Positions 10,062 through 20,630 of a stretch of 64,000 bases of DNA are shown here, piece by piece. Position 1 is the stretch's first letter; each line of letters begins with the position of its first letter. Source of the stretch: a virus (taxonomy: Duplodnaviria; Caudoviricetes). The notes under the pieces are model-generated. The model was not told the origin of the DNA and made no database searches. It saw only the letters and a program-made list of their open reading frames with translations. Location of the stretch: positions 20,528 to 84,527 of the IMG/VR virus record IMGVR_UViG_2708742532_000007; one strand, 5' to 3'. The translations under genes were made by a program, and so were the position numbers.

Positions 10062-10660
10062 TAAGTTATTCCTCCCCAATTACTAGTAGTTGCATAGACA
10101 TTTCCCCATGTTGATACGGTAGTGTCTATTGTTAAACCATTAGATGTATTTTGCATGTTTATCTTTTCTCCTAAAGAAAAGCTTTCATCATCTAATAGAA
10201 CATTTGAACCAACGTTAGTCTCACGAAGCTCAATGTTTTCTTTTGTTTGTTCGAATGAGTAGCTGTATGGGGAATCACATCTAATATTTAATTCGATATA
10301 TCCCTCATTTAAACCATTGTGGAATAGTTGACTATCACCCTCGAACATTGCATAAAACACTCTATTTGGGTTAGAGTCAAACACCAATGGCTTATAATGT
10401 GGTTGGAAGAACCAACGAGCTAATTTCCTTAGCGTGTCCTTGTTTTCCCAATCTGCAATAGCAAAAGACAAACTAAAAGAGAGTGGCTCATGTTCCACTC
10501 TCTGAAAGTAAGGTTTTTCACGATTTGCTATTTTTTTCTCAATGATTTGTCTGTTAGGGAGGAAGTTTTCTTCGAATAGACCATCGTTACTCCATGCTAT
10601 GAAAACTCCCATATCCTCAGACGAAATACCATCATACATAAACTGTATTGATTGTTTCAT
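10061..10660 (-). CDS. Distal tail protein (Dit) N-terminal part, YomH-like
   Basis: FMYDGISSEDMGV...PYFQRVEHEPLSF...GYIELNIRCDSPYSYS; directly after the tape measure. Confidence 0.75.
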   Translation of the reverse strand: MKQSIQFMYDGISSEDMGVFIAWSNDGLFEENFLPNRQIIEKKIANREKPYFQRVEHEPLSFSLSFAIADWENKDTLRKLARWFFQPHYKPLVFDSNPNRVFYAMFEGDSQLFHNGLNEGYIELNIRCDSPYSYSFEQTKENIELRETNVGSNVLLDDESFSLGEKINMQNTSNGLTIDTTVSTWGNVYATTSNWGGIT

Positions 10661-13600
10661 TTATCGTTTTCCTTTCTCTCTTAGTAGTCTGTTTTGAATT
10701 TGTTTTGCAAGGTAGTCAATATCATTTTTAGTTCCATTGAACTTATCAATATTAATATTCACAACAGTTGATTTCTCTGTTTCTGTTGGTGTGCTAACTG
10801 AATTTACTTTTGGTGAGGCAGGGAGAGCGATTACACCATTGATAGTTCGCATTACATTATCCATAATAGAAGAAATGCGTAACATGCGTTCTGTGTCAAG
10901 AGGGTTGCTCACCAGTTCATTTTGGTGAAGTAGTGCTAATCTTCCACCTTTACCATCTGTACCACCTGTAGAACCAAATCCTGTAGTCATACCACCAGTA
11001 TCTGCACCAACAAAGTCATTGGAAGCATTGCGTCTTAAGTTATCAGCATAATTGATTAACTTGTTTTTAAGGTCGTCAAAGCTAACAACAGTTGAGTTAT
11101 CCAACATGTATTGCCCAAGCTCTGCCTGTTGTTTACCTGATAACTTGCTAAGTGATTGTTCGTAGGAAACGGTAGGGGAGATAAGAGAAGTATGCATCCT
11201 TCCTGAATCAGCAATTTTTGTAGCTGTCCCATTAAGGGCATCTTTTTTGGCTTTGGTGTTAGCTAAAGGCATTAGATATTCTTTCATGTATTTTGCAAGC
11301 ATAACTTGCTTATCTCCATGAGTCATAACTTTCCCTTTGCTTGCTGTTTGACCAAACTCCTTGATGTAATCTAAATACTCTTGTGTCATGAAGCCACTAG
11401 CATCAGAGTTATTTTGGAAGTAGCTACCGAGTTCACTGATTTGACTACTTGACATTGAATCAAAAATAGAGCCTAGTGATTGGTTAGCGTTGTATTTAGA
11501 ACCTTCTGCTCTACCTTCTTTAGCAAGTTTATCAGCTTTGTCTTTGATGTTTTTAATTCTAACTGCATCTTTTTTAGGGTCAAGAGAGCCTGCGATTTTT
11601 TCATTCATGAACTTAGCTAAAATAACTTTCATATCAGCTTCGGTAAGTGGGTCTGTTTTACCTGCATTTTCAACTGTTTGGTTAGCATCAGTAGAGAAGT
11701 CATGTTCGCCTGTTACATTTTTTGCTAAGTTTTGAACCTTTTCAATTTCTTCCTCAACCTTTTCTATTTCCTTTAAGAGTCTTTCCATTTCGTTGATTAC
11801 ATTCTCACGAATGGAAGTACCTACAGCTTCCCATGTACCATCGAATCTATCTTCAAGGTCAGGTAAACTAGCTTTAAGTTCACCAATGTATTTATTATAT
11901 AGTTCTTGAACTTTTCCGTAATGACCTTGTGCCATTTCTTCTCTAAGTTCATTAAACTTAGCTTCATCGTTAAGTAAGTCTTCATAATGTTTTTCCCAAT
12001 ATTTTTTCTGCTTATTGAGAGAGTCTAAAACTTCCTTAGAATATTCATCCTCTTTATCTTTTAGGTCTTCAATATGCTCAGTTTTATCGTCAAGCATATC
12101 ATCAAGCTGTTGCTCACGAAGGCCTTTCTCGTATTGATATTTTTCTTCATTAATCTGTTTTTCAATCTCTGCAATTTGTTTTTGAAGTTCTTCTTTCTCT
12201 TTAATACCTTCATAAGTATTTACGTTAGAAAGAAGATTTAATTTGTTTTGTAGCTCTTGTTTTTGAGTGTTAAGTTCATCTAATTTATTGCCATAAGTTC
12301 TATCTCTATCAGCATCTTGAATCTCTCTACGTTTAGCATCAATGATTTTAGTATAAGCTTCAAGCTCTTTGTCATACTGTTTCATCACTTTTTCGTGACG
12401 CTCTTCCTCAGCTTCAATTAACTTATCAATAGCACTAAGTTGAATGTCCTTAGCTTCTCTATAAGCGTCTTTTAAGGCATTTATAATATCTTCTGCAAGT
12501 TTATTACGCATTTCTTCAACTTTATCATCAACTGCTTTTGCAAAGTTATCAATAGCATCTTGAGTGTCTTTAACAGCATTTTGGACATCAAGGTATGATA
12601 AAGCAAGTTCTTCAAGTTGCTCTTCAAGGTCTTGAAGCTTTTGTGAGCCTAAGTCCAAGCCTTGCATTTCTGCCTTCATGTCTATTTCTTTTTGCGCAAT
12701 CTCTATAAGTTTCTTTTGATAAAGCTCCATATCAGATTCAAGAGTTTTTAAGTAGTCTCCTGAGCCTTCATCAAGCAATCCTCTTAATGACTGATTGTAG
12801 CTAAGTTCGAAGTCAATATCATCTATTTTAATATCATGAGAGGTAGCGACAGCTTGAACCTTTTCATAATTTAATTGATGGAAAGCCTCATTAAGTTCAA
12901 CAAGTTCTTTTTTTAGTTCACCTGCTCTAGAAGTAAGTTCCTCATACATTTCAATTGTAAGATTCCCTTTGCTTAGCATTTGGTTTATATAGTCAATTTC
13001 TTGTTTAGCAGTAGTTAATTGGCTTTTACGAGTGTTAGCCATAATTTCAAGAGTTTTTCTGTATCGTTCACTTGTGTTATCAAGCGATTGAATCTTAACT
13101 TCTTCCCATTCAAGTACCTTTTGGTGCTTTTCCATATGATAATCGAATTTAGAAAGTTTGCTTGATATTATTTCATTGTAGTAAGCTTTGATTTGATTTT
13201 GAGATTGTAACATTACCTGTTGTAGCTCGTATCTTCTATCAAGCAATTGGTCTTGTTGGTTTAAATCTAGACCTCCTGCATCATACATTTTTTGGATATA
13301 TGCATATTCAGCTTGGTAGCTTTTCAACTTACGTTGTTCGGCAGTATATTGTTTATTAACGCTATCTTCATACGCTTTTGAGTATTCAAGCATATTTTTT
13401 TGAAGTTCTGCTTGTTTTGCAATAGCATTGTCTTCCATATCTCTATTACGTTTATAAGCATCCATTTGTGACTTGATAGTGTTGAAGTTATTTTCTGATA
13501 TTTTATCATTATTAGCCATGATAGCTTGTATCATAGATTGTGATTCAGAATGCACTCTTGCATAATCATCATCGCCTGAGCCACTACCTGCTGTAGCTCC

Positions 13601-16600
13601 TGAACCTGCATAAGTGTTATAAGCGTTGTTTGCATAATTAACTCTGTTGTTGTGCCCTTTGCTACCTGCTTTTTCTCCACTACGCTCATAAAGAGTATTG
13701 AAGTTTGAAGCATGTTCTGTCGCAGTTAGTGTTCTGTTTAATGAATGTAGAGCTTGTTTTTCTTTGCCTTGAAGCTCTTTCCACATGAAATCAAGCTGTG
13801 TTCCTAAATCGTTTGCACTAGTTCCTTTGCTCTTTGCGAAAGAGTTTAGTTCTGATAGTCTACTACCTCGCCACTGTGCAATACCAAAGGCGCTACCTTG
13901 AGCGTTTTTACCTGCTGTAGAGCTAAAGCTAGATTCTTGTTGAATATTCCCCATAATCCCTGCAACAGCACTATCGCTAAGTCCTTTAGATTTAAAGAAG
14001 TTCCAAACTGTGGCTTGAGTTGAATTTCCATTTGCCTTAGAACTACCACCTGAGGTTACACCTTGTCTAGCGCTAGCAATATATGAACTAGGATTGATAG
14101 TTTGGTTACTAGAATTTCTAATTTCATAATGAAGGTGAGAACCATCTCCACCACTACCACTTCTAACAGTTCCAGTGTTACCAATTGTACCTAGTTTAGT
14201 TCCAGCTGTAATCTGTTGACCTTTAACAACAGATACATCATTCATGTGAGCATAGTAGTGTTTATTGTTGTTAGCATCTTGAATAATAACTAAATTACCA
14301 TATGACTTATCTTCACCAATCTTAGTAGCGTCACCTGCTTTTAAAACTTTACCGTTGATGTTTGACTCAAGAACATCACCGATTTTACCATCTATATCAG
14401 TACCTCTGTGATTATCAGAACGAGTACCATATTGCGAAGTAATTTGTCCTGACCAACCTTTCGGTCTAACTGTACCACCTGTGCCTGAGACAGTTGTTGA
14501 ACTTGAATTAGTTACTCCATTGAGGTCTTTTAGTTTTTGATTATATATGTCGTTTTGCTGTTGAAGTAATTTGTTTTCATCTGCAAGAGCTTGTCTATAC
14601 TGTTTAGAGTAAGTAGGGTATTTCTTTTGTCTACTTTCAACCTCTTTTAAAGAAGTGTTAAGCTTATCAAGTGTTAAAGTATACTTATTAGTAATTTTCT
14701 CTAATTCTGATAGCTCTTTTTTTGCATCTTTTGTTGATTCACTGGCTTTATCACTAGATTTAGAGTAATTATCTGTTGATTCACTGGCTTTATCACTAGA
14801 TTTAGAGTATTTATCATTAGAGGTACTTAAAGAATTGATTCCTGTGTTCAATTTTGCTAATTCTTGATCTAGTTTAGCTTTTGTTGTATCATATCTAGAT
14901 TGGTATGCTATTGCAGTAGCCTTCATAGCCAATCCTGCAACACCGCTAAAACCAGACATAAGCAATGCATTTTTTTCATGGAAGTTTTTGGCTTTTTCTA
15001 ATGCCTCTAGCTCTACTTGAAGATTTTCAACACGAGCTTTTGCACCAACGGCAGAATAGTAAGTTTGCTCTTCTTCTGAGTTGTACTTACCATCTGTTAA
15101 GTTTTTGTAAGATTCAGTAAGAATCTTATTCATCTTATTCTCAGCCTCTATGCTTTCAATTCTAATCTCACCATTTTTAACAAGGTGAGGGTAGAGAGCC
15201 TTTAGCTTTTTCATAGCGTCTTCTAGTTTAGCCTGTTCATCTGTTGTTTTATTAGTTACGCTCGAAAGGTATTTATAAATACCTGTCAACTCGTTTGTCT
15301 CTGATATTTGTTTACCAGTGACACCTAGCATTTCCTCTCCTAGAGAGCTGAAACTTTTGATTTTCTGTGCGTACTCCACCAAAGGGTCTATAACATCGGC
15401 AAGACCTTCTGCGCCTTCGTTATGAGTTTTGAAATATTCCTCAGCTTCTTTGCGCCCTTTACCTTGAGTTTCCATGATTTCTTTAATTGCTTTTTCTTCG
15501 TTAAGTTTAGATTCTATGAAATTATCAAGAGTATTTTCATATGTTTCATAAAGAGCAGTACCTTCTTTAATACCTGAGTCTTTTAGTGCTTTTAGGATAC
15601 TTCCCTTTATAGTATTAAATGATTCACCATACTTTTTCTCAAATTCATCAACATCAGTAATACCACTTTTTTTCATTTCAGAAATAGTATCCGCTAATTC
15701 AGTAAAGTTTTTCTCAATATCAGCGTCTTTTTTACCTAACGCCATTGTTATAGCTTCATTGAAATCATCTAAATCAGACTCAGTTTCAGCTAAGTTGATA
15801 ACACTGTTAGCAACATCTTCAAATACTTCTTGACCTTCTGTAGAGAAGTCTCCCGTCAATTTAATGGTATCTTCTAGGTCTTTTGTATATCCTGTTTTTA
15901 AGACATTTAAACCTGACATAACATCTTTTTGACTTTGTAAAAGCTCAAAGTAGATTTGCTCTAAATGTTTTTGAGAAGACTCTAAGTCAAAAATAGCACC
16001 TTCACCAAGGTTTAACTCAGTCTTTTTAGCTAAAGCTTCTTTTACTCTTTCAATTGCAAGTGCTACATCATCAATACTTTTTAAAGAGTTGCCACTCCAT
16101 AGGTCTTCATTGATACCTATACCCTTAGTAAGTTTATCTTTAAGTTCATCGTAGTTATGACTTACAAGTTCCATTTTATGAACATAGGCATATGCACTTT
16201 CTAGATTAAGCTCTGTGTCTCTATTTGCACCTTTAATAGTGTCTCTGGCTGTCTCTTCTGCTTCTTCTTGCTCTTTTTTTCCCTTTTCAGCATTAAGTAG
16301 TTTTTGAACCTCAAGCTCTTGTTTTAGAATGTCAACTTTAGTTTCTGCTTGCATAGAAGAAACTAGAATTTTATTACCATATTCATCTTCACCTTTAACT
16401 AAGTTAGGAAGTAGTTTACCTAGTTCATTTTGAGTATCAAGTAATTCTTTATACTTTTGAGAATCTAGTTGTTGTCCTTTGCTTTCTGCTGAAAGTGTAC
16501 TATATTTAGATAATAAGCTATCAATAGCTTTTTCATTGTCTGCAAATGACTTTACCTCTTGCTCATTTTTAGCGATAAGTTCTTCCTTAGCTTTTTGAGC

Positions 16601-17695
16601 TTCTTCATACCTAGCAGTAACAAATTGAATAGCAGCGCCTGCTATCGAACCAACAACACCAACAGCCCCTAAGGCATTAGATAACATATTAGCACCTTTG
16701 GAAAATTTAGATGTGCTATTCGATGCTGCATCCGATGCTTCTGCAATTGAAGAAATTGTTTGGCCAAACTCTATAGCTTTAGCTGAATAGTCTGAGACTT
16801 GCTTTCCAAGACTGGTATCTTCAGACGTATTTTTTTTCAAGTCAGTCATTTTAGTATTAATATCTATAAGAATAGAGCGGAGTTCTTTAAGTGCTCCAAT
16901 AGTTTCATTAAAGTCAGTAGGAGGTGAGGGTATTTCTTTTACATGAGAAGGTGCTTCTTTAACAGTAGCTTGTACTGTTTCTGAGCTAACGACAGGTGTA
17001 ACATTTGCGACAACATCAATTTTGAACTTCGGTAAAGACATTTTATTAATCTGTTCTGAAATGCGTAGCTTCGTTTTTTCAACATCAAGCTCCATAACAG
17101 TTTTAAGACCTTGTAGTTCTTTCGTTTCAACAGTGTCTTTAATATGATTAAATGCGCCTTTAGCAAGTTCTAGTTTTACTTTTGCCTTAGCGAAAATAAT
17201 TTTTTCTAGGCTTTTATTAATGTTTTCGACACTAGCCTTTTTTTCTAAAATAAGCTCAATTGGTTTTTGGTTTACTTTAACAGTCTCTATAAATTCGTTA
17301 ATATTTGCTTTAGATTGTTGATAGTTCACACCAAAAGAAATCTGAAGTGGTTGTACCTCAATTTTCTTTAAAGCACTCTTGACTGTAGTTTGTGTTGCTT
17401 GTTCATTAACATAGAAAATCAAAGATTTCTTAGCTTGTTTTTGGTTGTTTAGGAAAGTTTGAATGTTTGCTTTACTTTGTCCAACTGCAACATCAAAACT
17501 AAGGTTAATGTTTTTATTTTTATGCTTGTCTAAAAATGTTTTGATGTTTTTATTAGATGCACCAACATTTACACCAAAAGTTAGTTTTTTATCTTTCATT
17601 TCTTTAGATAAGAATGTATCAATCCTTTTTTTGGATTTATCTTTATCAATATCTAACGAAACCAAAAACTTTACTTCGTTATTTGTAATACTCAA
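10661..17695 (-). CDS. Tape measure protein with M23 peptidase and phage-tail lysozyme domains (YomI/CwlP-like)
   Basis: Long coiled coil; HRGTD...HYYAHM...HLHYEIR (M23); WNFFKSKGLSDSAVAGIMGNIQQES...GIAQW (lysozyme); likely TTG start at 17695 after AAGGAG rather than 17815. Confidence 0.9.
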   Translation of the reverse strand: MSITNNEVKFLVSLDIDKDKSKKRIDTFLSKEMKDKKLTFGVNVGASNKNIKTFLDKHKNKNINLSFDVAVGQSKANIQTFLNNQKQAKKSLIFYVNEQATQTTVKSALKKIEVQPLQISFGVNYQQSKANINEFIETVKVNQKPIELILEKKASVENINKSLEKIIFAKAKVKLELAKGAFNHIKDTVETKELQGLKTVMELDVEKTKLRISEQINKMSLPKFKIDVVANVTPVVSSETVQATVKEAPSHVKEIPSPPTDFNETIGALKELRSILIDINTKMTDLKKNTSEDTSLGKQVSDYSAKAIEFGQTISSIAEASDAASNSTSKFSKGANMLSNALGAVGVVGSIAGAAIQFVTARYEEAQKAKEELIAKNEQEVKSFADNEKAIDSLLSKYSTLSAESKGQQLDSQKYKELLDTQNELGKLLPNLVKGEDEYGNKILVSSMQAETKVDILKQELEVQKLLNAEKGKKEQEEAEETARDTIKGANRDTELNLESAYAYVHKMELVSHNYDELKDKLTKGIGINEDLWSGNSLKSIDDVALAIERVKEALAKKTELNLGEGAIFDLESSQKHLEQIYFELLQSQKDVMSGLNVLKTGYTKDLEDTIKLTGDFSTEGQEVFEDVANSVINLAETESDLDDFNEAITMALGKKDADIEKNFTELADTISEMKKSGITDVDEFEKKYGESFNTIKGSILKALKDSGIKEGTALYETYENTLDNFIESKLNEEKAIKEIMETQGKGRKEAEEYFKTHNEGAEGLADVIDPLVEYAQKIKSFSSLGEEMLGVTGKQISETNELTGIYKYLSSVTNKTTDEQAKLEDAMKKLKALYPHLVKNGEIRIESIEAENKMNKILTESYKNLTDGKYNSEEEQTYYSAVGAKARVENLQVELEALEKAKNFHEKNALLMSGFSGVAGLAMKATAIAYQSRYDTTKAKLDQELAKLNTGINSLSTSNDKYSKSSDKASESTDNYSKSSDKASESTKDAKKELSELEKITNKYTLTLDKLNTSLKEVESRQKKYPTYSKQYRQALADENKLLQQQNDIYNQKLKDLNGVTNSSSTTVSGTGGTVRPKGWSGQITSQYGTRSDNHRGTDIDGKIGDVLESNINGKVLKAGDATKIGEDKSYGNLVIIQDANNNKHYYAHMNDVSVVKGQQITAGTKLGTIGNTGTVRSGSGGDGSHLHYEIRNSSNQTINPSSYIASARQGVTSGGSSKANGNSTQATVWNFFKSKGLSDSAVAGIMGNIQQESSFSSTAGKNAQGSAFGIAQWRGSRLSELNSFAKSKGTSANDLGTQLDFMWKELQGKEKQALHSLNRTLTATEHASNFNTLYERSGEKAGSKGHNNRVNYANNAYNTYAGSGATAGSGSGDDDYARVHSESQSMIQAIMANNDKISENNFNTIKSQMDAYKRNRDMEDNAIAKQAELQKNMLEYSKAYEDSVNKQYTAEQRKLKSYQAEYAYIQKMYDAGGLDLNQQDQLLDRRYELQQVMLQSQNQIKAYYNEIISSKLSKFDYHMEKHQKVLEWEEVKIQSLDNTSERYRKTLEIMANTRKSQLTTAKQEIDYINQMLSKGNLTIEMYEELTSRAGELKKELVELNEAFHQLNYEKVQAVATSHDIKIDDIDFELSYNQSLRGLLDEGSGDYLKTLESDMELYQKKLIEIAQKEIDMKAEMQGLDLGSQKLQDLEEQLEELALSYLDVQNAVKDTQDAIDNFAKAVDDKVEEMRNKLAEDIINALKDAYREAKDIQLSAIDKLIEAEEERHEKVMKQYDKELEAYTKIIDAKRREIQDADRDRTYGNKLDELNTQKQELQNKLNLLSNVNTYEGIKEKEELQKQIAEIEKQINEEKYQYEKGLREQQLDDMLDDKTEHIEDLKDKEDEYSKEVLDSLNKQKKYWEKHYEDLLNDEAKFNELREEMAQGHYGKVQELYNKYIGELKASLPDLEDRFDGTWEAVGTSIRENVINEMERLLKEIEKVEEEIEKVQNLAKNVTGEHDFSTDANQTVENAGKTDPLTEADMKVILAKFMNEKIAGSLDPKKDAVRIKNIKDKADKLAKEGRAEGSKYNANQSLGSIFDSMSSSQISELGSYFQNNSDASGFMTQEYLDYIKEFGQTASKGKVMTHGDKQVMLAKYMKEYLMPLANTKAKKDALNGTATKIADSGRMHTSLISPTVSYEQSLSKLSGKQQAELGQYMLDNSTVVSFDDLKNKLINYADNLRRNASNDFVGADTGGMTTGFGSTGGTDGKGGRLALLHQNELVSNPLDTERMLRISSIMDNVMRTINGVIALPASPKVNSVSTPTETEKSTVVNINIDKFNGTKNDIDYLAKQIQNRLLREKGKR
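14732..14815. repeat. 42-bp tandem duplication inside the tape measure
   Basis: TGTTGATTCACTGGCTTTATCACTAGATTTAGAGTA(A/T)TTATC twice, one mismatch; encodes YSKSSDKASEST twice. Confidence 0.9.
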
Positions 17696-17801
17696 AATGT
17701 TTAGCTCCTTCTTTATTCGTCGTTGTGCAACTATTTTGTTGCAGTCTAAAACCCTCAAGTAAACCCCTAACCGAAATAGGGTAGGGATGTAATTCAAAGT
17801 A

Positions 17802-18761
17802 TTAGAAAATATCATCTAGTTCATCTGAATCATCTTTTATAACATAGATAGATGTTGTTTCAGTAGAGATGTGATTTAAAAGCACCTTAGCTTTATTAAT
17901 GTCTTTTCCTTCTTCAACTACTAAGTGTGTCGCTCTTGAGCGTCTAAGTGCGTGGGGTGTTAGTTTATATCCTAAGATATAATTGAACTTATTAGTAAAC
18001 CACGCATTGAAAGCGTCAGGACTAAGTTCTTTTGTTTCACCATTCTTAAACTTACGAACGAAAACATATGGGTTATCGTCTTCACCACGAATTTCAAGCC
18101 ATTTTAAAATAGCTTGTCTAGCTTCTTCGCTATACATCAGTTTGATCGGTTTACCAACCTTACCTTTACCTTTACCACGAACATGAGGTGTTGCGTAGAA
18201 GTCTTTGTTCTTTACCTTAGGCATATCAAAGAACTCTTTTTTCATCTGAGCAATTTCTGCTCTACGTGCGCCTGTGCTGTAGCTTAATAAGAAGTAAGCA
18301 ATCATTTGATACTCACCTTCTTTTTCAAGCTCTGCAATAAGCCTGTCAATATCTTCTTTCGCTACAATATTCTTTTCTCTCACAAGCTGTTTAGGAGGGG
18401 AGGGAATAGCCTTGTTGAAGATATTTCTAAATTCAGGGTAGTCTTCGCCATAGTAAAGTTCAATATAGTTACAAAGTGAACTTACTGCTGAGCGTTTGAA
18501 CTTAACAGCATTAGAAGATAACTCTAATGACATCAAGTGATTCTGATAATCTAAAGCGTGTCTTGCTTTTAATTTGTGGATAGGGCTGTTGTCAAATTCA
18601 TCTTTAACATATCTCACAAAGATTTTTAATGCGCTTGTATATTGTTTAAGTGTTTTATCTGATAGATGTTGTTGTTTCAAGAACTTATTAACAATCTTTC
18701 TATTCCACTCATTACATTCAAGCCATTCTTCATTAGTTACAGGAGGTATTTTAATTGCCAT
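17802..18761 (-). CDS. Tyrosine recombinase (YomM-like) within the tail operon
   Basis: STGARRAE, K, PHALRRSRAT, LLNH, TSIY: full R-K-H-R-H-Y catalytic set. Confidence 0.9.
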   Translation of the reverse strand: MAIKIPPVTNEEWLECNEWNRKIVNKFLKQQHLSDKTLKQYTSALKIFVRYVKDEFDNSPIHKLKARHALDYQNHLMSLELSSNAVKFKRSAVSSLCNYIELYYGEDYPEFRNIFNKAIPSPPKQLVREKNIVAKEDIDRLIAELEKEGEYQMIAYFLLSYSTGARRAEIAQMKKEFFDMPKVKNKDFYATPHVRGKGKGKVGKPIKLMYSEEARQAILKWLEIRGEDDNPYVFVRKFKNGETKELSPDAFNAWFTNKFNYILGYKLTPHALRRSRATHLVVEEGKDINKAKVLLNHISTETTSIYVIKDDSDELDDIF

Positions 18762-18774
18762 TTTCTCACCTCCT

Positions 18775-19233
18775 TCAATTGTTGATACCTTGCTCTAAAG
18801 CTTTTTTAAGGTGTTTGTTATAAGTAGTTTTATCTAGCTTTTCTGCTGTTGCTTTTGCAAATGGTCTAGGTTCAGCCCATTTTTCATCAGGGTTATACCA
18901 ACCATTCTCAGAATTGCTAGAGGTGTGCTGTACATCACTACCATTTTCAATTAGCTCTGAAAAAAAATAGCCATCCATTGAATCACTAGTGAGGTTTTCA
19001 AAGTCAGAAGCGAAGGTATTTCCATTAAGCTTATGTTTTGTAAATACCATATTTCTAGCGTCAGAAAGACTGCCAGCATCATAACTACGCTCATAATAGT
19101 CATAGACTTCTGTGTAAACAGAATCTACCATTGCGTGTCTAAACACGTTTAGAACTTGTGGGCTTTTAATGGTGTCTTTCACTTTACCTTGAACATATTT
19201 TTCTAAATCCTTGATATTACTGAATGTAGGCAA
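18775..19233 (-). CDS. Tail-region protein (YomN/HK97 gp10-like)
   Basis: MPTFSNIKDLEKY...VYDYY...PRPF..AT...L pattern; synteny. Confidence 0.55.
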   Translation of the reverse strand: MPTFSNIKDLEKYVQGKVKDTIKSPQVLNVFRHAMVDSVYTEVYDYYERSYDAGSLSDARNMVFTKHKLNGNTFASDFENLTSDSMDGYFFSELIENGSDVQHTSSNSENGWYNPDEKWAEPRPFAKATAEKLDKTTYNKHLKKALEQGINN

Positions 19234-19248
19234 TTACATCACCCTAAC

Positions 19249-19731
19249 TTATTTAAAGTCTCCTTTTGTTTCTAATGCTTCATTAATTGCTTCTTGAGCC
19301 AATACAGCTTTTTCAGCAACCTTGTTTACACGTTCGATTACTTCTCCAACTTGATTTTGGTCAAAAATTTCATCGAAGAATAGGTCAAATAAACCAATCT
19401 TCATTAATGCTTCCATTGCCATAATCTTTTCTTCGAACGTGTCACCGATTTCATTTTTAAAGTGAGAGAAGTATTTAATAATAAGCAATAGCTCATATTT
19501 AATTAGTTGTTCTTCACTTTCAAAGAAACTGTATTCTTTTTCGATTGCGTACTGCATATCGTTGAATAGCTCAAGAGTTAGCTTCTCAACTTGAGTGCGG
19601 TCAAAGTATTCGTTATACTTAACTGTTTTTTTAGTCTCAGGGTCAACTACGAACGTAGACATTACATCTACTTTCTTAGATTCTGCTAGAATATCTTTTA
19701 ATTTAATTGGTGACTGTCTTTTTGCTGTCAT
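19249..19731 (-). CDS. Probable tail assembly chaperone
   Basis: Acidic helical 160 aa between tail tube and tape measure. Confidence 0.55.
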   Translation of the reverse strand: MTAKRQSPIKLKDILAESKKVDVMSTFVVDPETKKTVKYNEYFDRTQVEKLTLELFNDMQYAIEKEYSFFESEEQLIKYELLLIIKYFSHFKNEIGDTFEEKIMAMEALMKIGLFDLFFDEIFDQNQVGEVIERVNKVAEKAVLAQEAINEALETKGDFK

Positions 19732-19768
19732 GGTAAAATCTCCTTTTTATCGGTTAATAGTTTAGAAA

Positions 19769-19800
19769 TAAAAAGGGGAGAGGTTGACCTCTCGCCCTGG
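19769..19800 (-). terminator. Terminator after major tail protein
   Basis: AGGGGAGAGGTTGACCTCTCGCCCT hairpin with adjacent A-run. Confidence 0.55.
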
Positions 19801-19825
19801 TTTTTATAACATATTATTATTTTTC

Positions 19826-20593
19826 TTATTTACGTGGTTTAAGCAGGATTGAACCCATTTCATCAGCACCCTTAGGGTTAATTACTGCGAAATTGATTTC
19901 AGGTGTGTAAACATTGCCGTTCTCTAATGAAATGTCAAACTCACCACTAGGGATTGTTTCAGGGAAATCAAATAGAATATCTGCTTTTACTTTTGCAGTG
20001 TCTAAGTCATAAGCAATTGTTTTCATTTCTACTCTGTATTTTCCTGCGAACTTAGTAGAATCAATAGAAATCCTTTGACCTTCTACTTCCTCTTGATAGA
20101 ATACATGTAACTCTTGTCCTGCTTTGAAAGTGCCTTTAGCTCCTGCTAATTCAACAGCTTTCTTAGTTTTGTCTGTTAAAGAAACAACAACATTTAAAGT
20201 CTCTTGCGTACCATCAGGTAGTTCAACTTGTGCTTTAGTTCCTACGATAGCACCATCAGGTAATACGATTTCGTTTGTAGAAGTGGCGCTGTCTACAACA
20301 ACAATACCTTTAGTATTTGCTGTGAATTGACCTTTACCGTTTTCTTCTACAGCTACACCTTGAGTCATTGCCCAATACTCAATATCAGCTACTGCTGAAC
20401 GCATTGCTAAATCAATTGCTTTGTCAGTACGAATTTTGTAAAGTTTTTTGTTACCGATACCGCCTTTAAGGTCTTCTTCTGAGATAGAGCCTTTGATACC
20501 TGCTAACTGCGCTTCCGCGTTTAGTACCACTTTACCTGTTTCTAGGTCAGTGATTGTTACATCTGCTGTGTCTTGAATTACGATTTTACCCAT
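19826..20593 (-). CDS. Major tail tube protein (YomU-like)
   Basis: KIVIQDTADV...AEAQLAGI...EEDLKGGIGNK...PSGEFDISLENG; strong RBS, highly expressed codon usage. Confidence 0.8.
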   Translation of the reverse strand: MGKIVIQDTADVTITDLETGKVVLNAEAQLAGIKGSISEEDLKGGIGNKKLYKIRTDKAIDLAMRSAVADIEYWAMTQGVAVEENGKGQFTANTKGIVVVDSATSTNEIVLPDGAIVGTKAQVELPDGTQETLNVVVSLTDKTKKAVELAGAKGTFKAGQELHVFYQEEVEGQRISIDSTKFAGKYRVEMKTIAYDLDTAKVKADILFDFPETIPSGEFDISLENGNVYTPEINFAVINPKGADEMGSILLKPRK

Positions 20594-20630
20594 TGAGTAA
20601 ATTCCTCCATTTATTTATATTGTGTATGAG

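Noticed and set aside
17802-18761. Prophage integrase marking an element boundary
   Set aside because: Phage tail genes lie on both sides, no att repeat is seen, and it matches the internal YomM position
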